UHGV virus genome: UHGV-1999812
Direction: 5' to 3' (one strand)
Origin: a virus
Length of the DNA stretch: 8,976 nt
Numbering within the stretch: the first letter of the stretch is position 1; every line of letters starts with the position of its first letter. Both the position numbers and the translations under genes were made by a program. The notes below the pieces were generated by a model that saw nothing but the letters and a program-made list of their open reading frames with translations, made no database searches and was not told the DNA's origin. Positions 1-7,436 of this stretch are shown here, piece by piece.

Positions 1-1011
1 CTTCTTTCTGGTGGCATTGACCCAAAAGAGCACAGAGAGAAACAGCGCCTTAGTGAAGTGATGAAGAGAGAGAACACCTTCAGGCATGTAGCTACGCTCT
101 GGTTTGAACTTAAAAAAGGGCAAGGACTCGCAGAAGATACACTACGCGATATATGGCGTTCGCTGGAGCGTAATGTATTCCCGTCAGTCGGTAACAGGCC
201 AATAGCAGACCTGATAGCAAGCAATTTCATCGAAGCATTAAAACCATTAGCCGCCCAGGGGAAATTAGATACCGTCAGAAGGACAGCACAGCGAATCAAT
301 GAGGTCATGTATTACGCCGTTAATACCGGAATGATTGCCGCGAATCCGGCATCAGAGATAAGCAAGGCATTTAACGCGCCAAGCGTTAAGAACATGCCAG
401 CAATACGCCCTGAAGAACTCCCCGAATTTATGCAGAAGCTGTCAACGGCACGAGTGGAACGACAAACGCGACTGGTTATTGAGTGGCAGTTACTGACAAT
501 TTGCCGACCAGGTGAAGCAGCTGGCGCGCGCTGGTGTGAGATTGATTTTGAGGCGAAGGAATGGCGCATACCAGAGCACAGACTTAAACAACGCAGGGAA
601 CACGTAATACCACTCTCGAAGCAGGCGTTAGCCATTCTGGATGTCATGAAGCCAATAAGCGGGCATCGTGAGTTTATATTTCCACACAACAGCGACCCGC
701 AGCGCCATATGTGCACACAAACAGCAAACGCAGCAATAAAACGCATGGGTTTTGGTCGGCGGCTGGTTGCTCATGGCTTGCGCTCAATAGCAAGTACCGC
801 ACTTAACGAGCAAGGTTTTGACTCTGACGTAATCGAGGCGGCATTGTCACACATAGACAAAAACGAGGTTCGCCGCGCGTACAACCGCTCAACCTATCTC
901 GAGCAGCGACGCCCGTTAATGGCGTGGTGGGGGAATTTTGTAGAGGCTGCTGCCAGCGGGAGCGTAAGCGCCACGGGTGGCTATCGTGGGTTAAAAATGG
1001 TTAACGGTTAA
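1..1011 (+). CDS. Tyrosine recombinase / integrase, P4-IntA type (5'-partial)
   Basis: Frame 1 is open from base 1 (LLSGGIDPKEHREKQRLSEV precedes the ORF-track Met at 58) to TAA 1009-1011. The translation carries catalytic-domain signatures of tyrosine recombinases: Arg in LTICRPGEA, His-x-x-Arg in LVAHGLRSIAST, and HIDKNEVRRAYNRSTY with the C-terminal Tyr. Roughly 70-100 N-terminal residues lie upstream of the window. Confidence 0.9.
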   Translation, partial: LLSGGIDPKEHREKQRLSEVMKRENTFRHVATLWFELKKGQGLAEDTLRDIWRSLERNVFPSVGNRPIADLIASNFIEALKPLAAQGKLDTVRRTAQRINEVMYYAVNTGMIAANPASEISKAFNAPSVKNMPAIRPEELPEFMQKLSTARVERQTRLVIEWQLLTICRPGEAAGARWCEIDFEAKEWRIPEHRLKQRREHVIPLSKQALAILDVMKPISGHREFIFPHNSDPQRHMCTQTANAAIKRMGFGRRLVAHGLRSIASTALNEQGFDSDVIEAALSHIDKNEVRRAYNRSTYLEQRRPLMAWWGNFVEAAASGSVSATGGYRGLKMVNG

Positions 1012-1015
1012 GGGC

Positions 1016-1912
1016 ATGGCAAACAAAAAAATAAACCTTCCTGAGAGGGATTATTACCCGTTAGACAAGGCAGCCAGAAGGCTTGGGTGTGACGTTGATG
1101 ACTTGATTCACTTCATCGCTACAGGGAAGATGTGTTTTTGGTACCGTCATCACATAGACGAGGCTTTGACATTACATAATTATAAAAACGCATTTAATAG
1201 TGTATCAGCATCAGATTATTATTATGAAAATGATGAAGGCGTATTCATCAGAGCAACCGACATATTAAAACTACTTGAATCTTCATATTTTGGTGAAAAA
1301 ATAACAAACAATGAAGACCAACTAACGGAAAAGGTATTTTTTTATTACGATAGTAGTTATTCCGAAACGGATATTTTTATATGCAATTATCAGAAATATA
1401 AACAAAGAAAAATCAGAACGCAGTTACCACATAAAATCAGGGTTGTGGCTTCAGGGCTTTTACAGGTATTTAATACAAGCATTGACATAGAGAACCTATC
1501 AAATGAAATTACAAATTGCTCTGTGCGCCGCATTGTTATAGCAGATAAAGCAGAAGAACCAGAGATAACAATAAACCTATATGGCAAAACAATAAATATT
1601 AGTGACGTTTTCATCTCAAAAGAAGAGATAAAAATAGTAATGAACGGCGGCAGACAACCAGGAGATATGGTAAAGGATTTTTCAGATAAACACGCCTTGT
1701 CGCATTCGCAGAGCAAGAAAACAACCAATCTTCAGGCCAGAGTTATCAAAAGACTAATCACCGCCATAGCCGGAGAAGAAGAGGCGTCAAACCCACGAAG
1801 GGCGCTTGAAAACGGTCACAGCAAGTTAAGCCGCGCACTAACCAAAGCAGGGGTTGATATCGGTGCCACACCAACATGCATAGGTAAGTGGCTTGCAGAC
1901 GTTGACGACTGA
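1016..1912 (+). CDS. Hypothetical protein with N-terminal AlpA/excisionase-like HTH and AT-rich central domain
   Basis: 298-codon ORF starting 4 nt after the integrase stop. The N-terminus YPLDKAARRLGCDVDDLIHFIATGKM fits the HTH pattern of AlpA/Xis-type regulators. The central ~500 bp (about 1190-1680) is far more AT-rich than the rest of the window, rich in Asn/Lys/Ile/Tyr codons. Followed by a strong terminator. No family recognised for the rest. Confidence 0.6.
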   Translation: MANKKINLPERDYYPLDKAARRLGCDVDDLIHFIATGKMCFWYRHHIDEALTLHNYKNAFNSVSASDYYYENDEGVFIRATDILKLLESSYFGEKITNNEDQLTEKVFFYYDSSYSETDIFICNYQKYKQRKIRTQLPHKIRVVASGLLQVFNTSIDIENLSNEITNCSVRRIVIADKAEEPEITINLYGKTINISDVFISKEEIKIVMNGGRQPGDMVKDFSDKHALSHSQSKKTTNLQARVIKRLITAIAGEEEASNPRRALENGHSKLSRALTKAGVDIGATPTCIGKWLADVDD

Positions 1913-1923
1913 CAGACTTCTGA

Positions 1924-1947
1924 ACATATGACCGCCCGTAATATTAC
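1924..1947 (+). terminator. Rho-independent terminator downstream of the 298-aa ORF
   Basis: Perfect palindrome GCCCGTAAT/ATTACGGGC (1924-1941) immediately followed by TTTTTT (1942-1947), 12 nt after the stop at 1912. Confidence 0.6.
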
Positions 1948-2050
1948 GGGCTTTTTTCGTAATATTCCGCAATGCCAGCTTTTCCCGTGTTTGCATATCC
2001 TTGAACAAGTTTAGGCAAGTTAGCGCCTGAAACAAAAGGAACGCAAAAGT

Positions 2051-2254
2051 ATGAACATTACAGAAAAGAAAATCCTTACAAAACGAGAAGTCGCAAATCT
2101 TCTTCGCCTTAGTACAACAAGCATTGACACAATGGTTAAGGCTGGTGAGTTTATTCCTGGCTTTAAGCGTGGATTACGCCGCGTTGGCTGGTTTGAGGAT
2201 GAGGTGAAATCATGGCTTGAGAAGAAAGTAGAGGAGCGTTATCAGCAGGAATAA
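2051..2254 (+). CDS. alpA: AlpA-family phage regulatory protein (excisionase-like HTH)
   Basis: 67 aa; LTKREVANLLRLSTTSIDTMVKAGEFIPGFKRGLRRVGWFEDEVKSWL matches the AlpA/Vis-like wHTH pattern (helix, GxFP-x-basic, W-x-E-x-E-V/I-x-x-W). AAGGA upstream of ATG 2051. Position downstream of an integrase is typical. Confidence 0.85.
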   Translation: MNITEKKILTKREVANLLRLSTTSIDTMVKAGEFIPGFKRGLRRVGWFEDEVKSWLEKKVEERYQQE

Positions 2255-2784
2255 TAAATTCCCATATGTGAAATATAAAAGCCACCAGCGCAGAAAATAA
2301 AACGCCTCACGTTATGCAAAACGGGTTAACCGTCGTGATGCCTTGCCGCATTCAATTAACGGCAGGTAAAAAATACCCGCAATGCAATAACACTACGGGC
2401 CATCAACGGAATATAAGGAGTTAACCGATGTGTATTGTATACAGTCGTGTGTATATTGCCACAGGTAACAGGCATCCGCGCCAAATACCCGCCAGAGAAA
2501 ATCAGTTGATCGCCAGTATCAAAAATGGCTATGATTCCCGCGCACCTCATAAAACGGGTGTCGGGATTGGAACCCCGCTGGAGATAAAGGCGATACAGAC
2601 GCCGAACGCGTCTTTTTTTGTATCGGCGCACACGCACACCTTATCAATGGTGGGCTGTATGGGGCTGACTTCGGTCAGGCTGGTTTCCTTTATCGCCAGT
2701 AGTTCCAACTCCGTGCAGTCCACCGCCAGCGAGATTGGAACCTCCAGCGGTGGGTATATCCCAACGATAAAGGAGGCTGCCATC

Positions 2785-2961
2785 ATGGCTACTACCCCTG
2801 CCCTCGTACATTCTCAAACTGCCTTTATCTGGCGCTTTATCATCTTTGGCGCGTCAGAATCCCAAATCATCCACGTAACCGCCTGGACGGAACGCGAAGC
2901 GCGTAACCGTTGCCCGTCCGGTTGTGTCGCTGTATTCGCCGCCCGTATTCGTCAGGGGTGA
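2785..2961 (+). CDS. Icd-like small protein (host cell division inhibitor Icd family), copy 1
   Basis: AAGGAGG (2770-2776) sits 8 nt before ATG 2785. The 58-aa product MATTPALVHSQTAFIWRFIIFGASESQIIHVTAWTEREARNR... has the F-x-WRF and T-x-x-EAR motifs I associate with Icd-like proteins, and ordinary codon usage. The in-frame ORF extends upstream to ATG 2428 (also with an AAGGAG RBS), but that extension has four ATA and three AGG/AGA codons and looks low-complexity, so I prefer the short start; the true start is uncertain. Confidence 0.55.
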   Translation: MATTPALVHSQTAFIWRFIIFGASESQIIHVTAWTEREARNRCPSGCVAVFAARIRQG

Positions 2962-3258
2962 GTCATGCTTAAAAACATGTTGATCGCCTCTTCTTTCGGG
3001 CTGTATGATGCCGGAGTCGTCCACATGGCGACCGGGTTTGACAGCCTGAATACTACAGCGGACAGCCGCTTACATTCCGATATGCGGTTTTTTTGTGTCC
3101 GTAAGCCTACCCATACCCGCATTATGGCGGGGCGTAACGGGGGAGCCTTTGCGCTCGCTGGTTCCTGTAGTGCCAGTCTGTCAACCCTGTTACGTCTCGC
3201 CACCATGTTTGACAGCGTAGTAGCGAGACTCCTTAATTTCACTACAGGAGCCTTTCAC

Positions 3259-3429
3259 ATGGCTGTATTCGCACGCCCTTACTTTGTCTGGCGCTTTATG
3301 CAGTGCCACCACAGCAACATCGATGTATTCACCGTTACCGCTGCCACTGAGCACGAAGCACGCGCACAACTTCCGCACACCCATCTGATTTTTGTCACCC
3401 TTATTCGTGAGGGGGTGAGTCATGCGTGA
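3259..3429 (+). CDS. Icd-like small protein, tandem paralogue (copy 2)
   Basis: AGGAG (3246-3250) 8 nt before ATG 3259. The product MAVFARPYFVWRFMQCHHSNIDVFTVTAATEHEARAQLPHTHLIFVTLIREGVSHA aligns with copy 1 over FxWRF ... VTA-TE-EAR ... IR-G. The in-frame ORF extends to ATG 2965; start uncertain. Its stop overlaps the next gene's start (GGGGGTGAGTCATGCGTGA). Confidence 0.5.
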   Translation: MAVFARPYFVWRFMQCHHSNIDVFTVTAATEHEARAQLPHTHLIFVTLIREGVSHA

Positions 3430-3736
3430 TGTGTGTAACACCAGAATACTTGAACAACTGGTTACAACCATAAAAACAGCTGACGCACGGGAAGCGAGAG
3501 CGATGTTTGATGATGCTGACTTCTACGCCCGCAAATTGCTTGAAGGGCTGGCTATCACAGGGCGCTTACTTTCTGGCATGAGTGACAGCATTGACCCTGA
3601 CATGGACGAACTGCGCAGCCTGGGCGATTCCATCGCTGTTACGGCTGAACTTGTGGCCGGATTCAGTGAGGTTGTGGAGGTGTACAACTGGCGTTGTCGT
3701 AACGGAGATATCAGTGCTGATTATCGCCATTCGTGA
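3422..3736 (+). CDS. Hypothetical protein (104 aa)
   Basis: ORF whose ATG is embedded in GGGGGTGAGTCATG and overlaps the upstream stop, suggesting translational coupling. Acidic, helical-looking sequence with ordinary codon usage. No family recognised. Confidence 0.55.
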   Translation: MRDVCNTRILEQLVTTIKTADAREARAMFDDADFYARKLLEGLAITGRLLSGMSDSIDPDMDELRSLGDSIAVTAELVAGFSEVVEVYNWRCRNGDISADYRHS

Positions 3737-3809
3737 TAAGGCAACGACAGGCACCGCTAACCGCATTTATGCAGCAACGGCGTAACTGACCAGAACAAAG
3801 GATAAAAAA

Positions 3810-4109
3810 ATGAACATGAAAAAAACTGGCTTAACTGCCAGCGGCAAGCCTCGCCCTGAATTTAAGCGCGGTGATATTTACCGCGACCAGTACGGCGGCA
3901 CGGTAATGATTAAGGGCGTGGCGGGGCGGTGCGTCACCTACCGCCGTAAAGGCTACGAATATGACTGCGTGATGCCTGTTTATCAGTTTTCCCGTGATTT
4001 TTCTCTGGTGCAGGCGGTACCGCGTAACGTGCCCACCAGCAACGTAAAGGCACTGGCAAAAATACAGAAGATGAAAAAGATGATTAACGCATTCAGGGGC
4101 AAGAAATGA
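3810..4109 (+). CDS. Hypothetical small basic protein (99 aa)
   Basis: AAGGA 6 nt before ATG 3810. Its stop TGA 4107-4109 overlaps ATG 4106 of the helicase gene (ATGA coupling). Lys/Arg-rich. No family recognised. Confidence 0.6.
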   Translation: MNMKKTGLTASGKPRPEFKRGDIYRDQYGGTVMIKGVAGRCVTYRRKGYEYDCVMPVYQFSRDFSLVQAVPRNVPTSNVKALAKIQKMKKMINAFRGKK

Positions 4110-5503
4110 AAAGCGCACCGAACTTAAAAAAACAGCCTTACGACAAAATGACCGAGGTCATTATTTTTGCGGGTAGTGATGCCTGGGCACACGCGAAGCA
4201 GTGGCAGGAGCAGGAGGGCCGACTTGCTGGCGATAATGTGCCACCTGTATGGCTTGGGGAGCAGCAACTGGCAGAACTGGCAGACACGAAAATCATTGAC
4301 GAGGGGCGCTATTGCGTCCGGCTGTACAAAGCAGGCCATATCAGACCATCAAATATTAATGCCATCGCGCAAAAACTGGCAGCGGCAGGCGTACAGGATG
4401 CGAATTATTACCCCGATGGGATGCACAGCCAGAAGCGGGAGAACTGGCGCGAATATCTGGAACGGGAGCGCGGGGAAAAGCAGGAAGAAAAAGGCCACCA
4501 GCGCAAAACAAAGCTACCGATGAGCGTTGGTTCTGCCGGATACGATACACAACTTGATTACGTGGTAAAGGGGATTATTCCGGCAGTATCGCTGTGCAGC
4601 ATATACGGGGCGAGCGGTTCCTATAAATCGTTCCTTGCGGGTTCGTGGGCGTGTCACGTTTCCACGGGCCGCCAGTGGGGAGGCCGCAGGGTGGCGCATG
4701 GCGCTGTTCTCTATGTGGTTGGTGAAGGCGGTATCGGCGTTCCGCGTCGTGTAAAAGCCTGGGAGGTTGTGCACGGTGAGCAGGTGAAAAATCTGTATCT
4801 GGTAAACCGCCCCATCTTTCCGGCTGCCCCGCTTGATGTTGATGAAATGGTTATCGCTGCCCGCCAGGTGGAACGGGAAACGGGTAAACCTGTACGCATG
4901 ATTATTCTGGATACGCTGGCGCGTTGCTTTGGTGGGAATGATGAAAATGATTCCCGTGATATGGGGGCATTTATCCGTGGGTGTGACGAGCTTAAACGGC
5001 GCACAGGGGCCACGGTGCTGGTGGTTCACCATTCCGGCAAGGATGAGACGAAAGGCGCGCGCGGTTCCAGTGCATTTCGTGCTTCGCTGGATGCTGAATA
5101 CCGGATACGCAGGGAGGACGCAGGAAGCGAAGCGCTGGTTATCTCATGTACCAAAATGAAGGACGCGGAGGAACTCAAAGAAGCCGCATATGACTTACGC
5201 GTGGTGGAGCTTTTTACCGACGCTGACGGGGAGTTAATTACGTCGCTGGTGGTGGTGGATAAGCCGCGGCATCCCGTTGAACCTGAGCGCATCGAGGAGG
5301 CAGGGAACAAGACGGAAAACCATACCGCGCTATGGGGGTGCATACGTTCACGCACACAGAACGGCGACAAGTGCACGATCCCGCTGTTACGTGATGACAT
5401 GAAACGGCTTGGGTATGACGTGAAAAACATGCGGCGATGGTTAGCAAAACTGGAGAAAGACGACGTTATCTATATCGACGGTGATGATGTAGGCCCACTG
5501 TAA
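4106..5503 (+). CDS. RepA/DnaB-like P-loop replicative helicase (RecA-fold ATPase) with N-terminal domain of unknown function
   Basis: 465 aa. Walker A-like SIYGASGSYKSFLA, Walker B-like VRMIILDTLARCFGG (hhhhD), and VLVVHHSGKDETKGARGSSAF resembling the sensor/arginine-finger region of RepA-type helicases. Followed immediately by an iteron cluster. Confidence 0.85.
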   Translation: MKSAPNLKKQPYDKMTEVIIFAGSDAWAHAKQWQEQEGRLAGDNVPPVWLGEQQLAELADTKIIDEGRYCVRLYKAGHIRPSNINAIAQKLAAAGVQDANYYPDGMHSQKRENWREYLERERGEKQEEKGHQRKTKLPMSVGSAGYDTQLDYVVKGIIPAVSLCSIYGASGSYKSFLAGSWACHVSTGRQWGGRRVAHGAVLYVVGEGGIGVPRRVKAWEVVHGEQVKNLYLVNRPIFPAAPLDVDEMVIAARQVERETGKPVRMIILDTLARCFGGNDENDSRDMGAFIRGCDELKRRTGATVLVVHHSGKDETKGARGSSAFRASLDAEYRIRREDAGSEALVISCTKMKDAEELKEAAYDLRVVELFTDADGELITSLVVVDKPRHPVEPERIEEAGNKTENHTALWGCIRSRTQNGDKCTIPLLRDDMKRLGYDVKNMRRWLAKLEKDDVIYIDGDDVGPL

Positions 5504-5703
5504 AAAAGTGAGTAGAAAAGTGAGTAATGGTGAGATTTTTACAAAATATTAACACGATTACTCACTTTCTCACCTGTATATAGGCAAAAAAGTGAGTAGT
5601 AAAAAATCACATATAAAACACGCACATAGAAAACCCGAAAATCACAGGTGAGACGAAGTGAGCGATTCCAAAAAGTGAGTAAAAAAGTGAGTAGTGGTGA
5701 GTA
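5504..5703. repeat. Iteron-like direct repeats (GTGAGTA core), putative replication origin
   Basis: At least six direct copies of (A)AAAGTGAGTA(G) at 5504-5514, 5516-5526, 5589-5600, 5670-5681, 5682-5693 and 5697-5703; degenerate GGTGAGA at 5529-5535 and 5647-5653; one inverted copy TTACTCACTTT at 5558-5568. AT-rich tracts flank it (5535-5556, 5747-5777). No long ORF with a ribosome-binding site. Confidence 0.6.
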
Positions 5704-5942
5704 AACAGCAAAAAACACAGAGCAGAGCAGCACGAAAACACAGAAAATCACTTTATTTTTATTTAAGTGTTTTGCTCATGAACGAAGGGCCACAACACGG
5801 CAGAAAGACACGCGAAAGCCCCCTGGCTGATAAGTGCATTCATGAGCACAGCAGCAACAAACTTTACCACGCTGACAGAGCGGGAGATTGCAGAAGCGGA
5901 ACAGGTAACAACCATCAACGTTAAAACCGGAGAGGTGGAATC

Positions 5943-6353
5943 ATGACAGCGCAGATAGCAGCTTACGGGCGACTGATTGACGACCCGCAGACAAAACAGA
6001 CCAGTAAGGGCACACCGATGACGCTGGCACGTATGGCGGTATCGCTGCCATGCAGTCAGGCACAGGACGGACAGGCGACGTTATGGCTATCAGTCCTGGC
6101 ATTTTGTAAGCAGGCCGACCAACTGGCAGGACATGAGAAAGGCAACGTAATCAGCGTATCCGGTGTGATGCAGGTCAGTCAGTGGACCGGACAGAACGGG
6201 GAAACGCGGCAGGGTTATCAGGTCATTGCAGACAGCGTAATCAGTGCGAAAACGGCGCGACCAGGTGGCAACAGACGCAGGACCACAGGCACACAGGGTA
6301 ATCAGCCACCAGCGGGAGGCGATGACCCTTACGGTGACAATATTCCGTTCTGA
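5943..6353 (+). CDS. ssb: Single-stranded DNA-binding protein (SSB family)
   Basis: 136 aa. The N-terminal two-thirds align by eye with E. coli SSB (WLSVLAFCKQADQLAGHEKGNVISVSGVMQVSQWTGQNGETRQGYQVIADSV vs [52 protein letters not shown]). Gly/Gln-rich linker and acidic tail DDPYGDNIPF ending in the hallmark IPF. GGAGAGGTGG RBS before ATG 5943. Confidence 0.85.
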   Translation: MTAQIAAYGRLIDDPQTKQTSKGTPMTLARMAVSLPCSQAQDGQATLWLSVLAFCKQADQLAGHEKGNVISVSGVMQVSQWTGQNGETRQGYQVIADSVISAKTARPGGNRRRTTGTQGNQPPAGGDDPYGDNIPF

Positions 6354-6363
6354 GGGGTGAACG

Positions 6364-6633
6364 ATGGTACATGACAGCATAGCGGAAGAACTGGAGGCGA
6401 AGGGCTTTTACCGGAGAGCGGCGGCGCGATGGGCTGAAGTGATGATGCTGGTGGAGACTGACAGGGAACGCGAACGGGTGGCAATGCGCAGGGCAGAGTG
6501 TTACGGGAAGACGCAGAGGCCACCGGAGCAACCGGATGATTTAGGCGGCCTGAAACGGGCGATTAAACGCACTGAAAAAGAAATGGGGATAGACGGGAGA
6601 GGCAAAAAAATCTGGCGTAGCTACCAGAAGTAA
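6364..6633 (+). CDS. PerC-family transcriptional activator
   Basis: 89 aa. N-terminal DSIAEELEAKGFYRRAAARWAEVMMLVETDRERERVAMRRAECYGK matches the conserved PerC core (E-x-K-G-x-YRRAA-x-RW-x-EV) as I recall it. ATG is 10 nt after the ssb stop. Confidence 0.75.
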   Translation: MVHDSIAEELEAKGFYRRAAARWAEVMMLVETDRERERVAMRRAECYGKTQRPPEQPDDLGGLKRAIKRTEKEMGIDGRGKKIWRSYQK

Positions 6634-6746
6634 GCACAGAGCCGGAACAGTCGGTTAGCCTTTCTGATTGTGTGCGTGTATATCGTTTTATTGCGACGTT
6701 AAATTAAACTGGTAGGACCAGATACACCAACGCAAGAGGCTACCGG

Positions 6747-7154
6747 ATGAACGAGCAAACCCATCACGTACCAAAAGACATCGAGCGGCTTAAATTCATC
6801 GACGCCATAGACAACGGAGATAAACCAGGTGATGCATGGTGTGATTCGCTTGCTGATATCGTGTCGCATTCAGTAGCGGAGCTTACCCGTAATGGCATGG
6901 AGGAGGCAGACGCTTTCAGAATCGCAAAGCGGGTTGTCGCTGCAATCGCCTTCTATGCTGGTGGGCGAAGTCTTTACCTTCCAACAGGCAGATCACTTTT
7001 CGCAGCATTGCGCGAATACGAGATTTACTACAGGTGGGATAACGGCGAAAAATTGCAGGTATTACGCAAAGAGTACGCAATATCCGAAACCCATATTTAC
7101 GACATCATACGACGACTGAGAAAGAAGCACGCCAATAAAATCACGCAAGACTAA
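6747..7154 (+). CDS. Mor-family transcriptional activator
   Basis: 135 aa. The C-terminal half FRIAKRVVAAIAFYAGGRSLYLPTGRSLFAALREYEIYYRWDNGEKLQVLRKEYAISETHIYDIIRRLRKK aligns with phage Mu Mor (EIVVAICKHLGGGQVYIPRGQALDSLIRDLRIWNDFNGRNVSELTTRYGVTFNTVYKAIRRMRR): GG-x-YIP-x-G, R-x-x-I, F-x-G-x-N, Y-x-I-RR-x-R. AGAGG RBS 7 nt before ATG. Confidence 0.8.
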   Translation: MNEQTHHVPKDIERLKFIDAIDNGDKPGDAWCDSLADIVSHSVAELTRNGMEEADAFRIAKRVVAAIAFYAGGRSLYLPTGRSLFAALREYEIYYRWDNGEKLQVLRKEYAISETHIYDIIRRLRKKHANKITQD

Positions 7155-7289
7155 CCACAGATACCAGCAGCAACCGTTATATTTGCGCCACTATCGCAAA
7201 AAATCCCCTTTCAGGGCATCACGGACGCCACAAAACACCAAAACGCATCAGAGAGCGAATCAGGCGCTTTAATGATGATTTGTTTTTTT

Positions 7290-7358
7290 GTGAAAGAAGG
7301 TGAAAGAAGGTGATTTTTGTGAAATTAAGCGAAATCACGTGAAATCAGGTGAAATAAT
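7290..7358. repeat. Seven 10-bp-phased GTGAAA direct repeats (protein-binding array or curved DNA)
   Basis: gTGAAAgaag (7290-7299), gTGAAAgaag (7300-7309), gTGAtttttg, tGAAAttaag, cGAAAtcac, gtGAAAtcag, gtGAAAtaat: the GAAA cores fall at 7292, 7302, (7312), 7321, 7331, 7341, 7351, one helical turn apart. Contains the palindrome TCACGTGA (7335-7342). Lies between the Mor-like gene and the RNA array. Confidence 0.6.
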
Positions 7359-7395
7359 GATACCCGTTCATCTGGTGCTACCAGACGAAACAGAC

Positions 7396-7424
7396 TTTAC
7401 CCGCGCATAATGCATGATTACTAT
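7396..7424 (+). promoter_or_regulatory. Putative weak sigma-70-like promoter upstream of the tRNA-like RNA array
   Basis: TTTACC (7396-7401), 17-nt spacer, TACTAT (7419-7424); predicted start near 7431, where the first RNA unit begins. Each hexamer matches consensus at only 4 of 6 positions. Confidence 0.2.
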
Positions 7425-7436
7425 TTTGCCTGGCTG

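Noticed and set aside
2428-2961. 177-aa ORF as the full Icd-like gene 1, and likewise 2965..3429 (154 aa) for gene 2
   Set aside because: Only the C-terminal ~57 residues are conserved between the two copies. Strong RBS motifs sit 8 nt before the internal ATGs at 2785 and 3259. The N-terminal extension of the first ORF has several rare ATA/AGG/AGA codons and low-complexity sequence. Kept as an alternative start, not rejected outright.
312-5447. Antisense ORFs inside the integrase, the 298-aa gene, the Icd region and the helicase (312..746, 1390..1728, 2356..2637, 2547..2786, 2952..3242, 3190..3471, 3831..4118, 4514..5032, 4711..5013, 5026..5430, 5238..5447, all minus strand)
   Set aside because: Each is fully overlapped by a + strand gene with recognisable motifs or coupling signals. 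None has an RBS or a recognisable domain.
5694-5924. 76-aa ORF across the iteron region
   Set aside because: It starts inside the iteron/AT-rich block, has no RBS and gives a low-complexity basic product. The region is better explained as an origin.
6892-7119. 75-aa ORF in an alternative frame within the Mor-like gene
   Set aside because: The Mor-like frame carries clear family motifs; the alternative frame does not.
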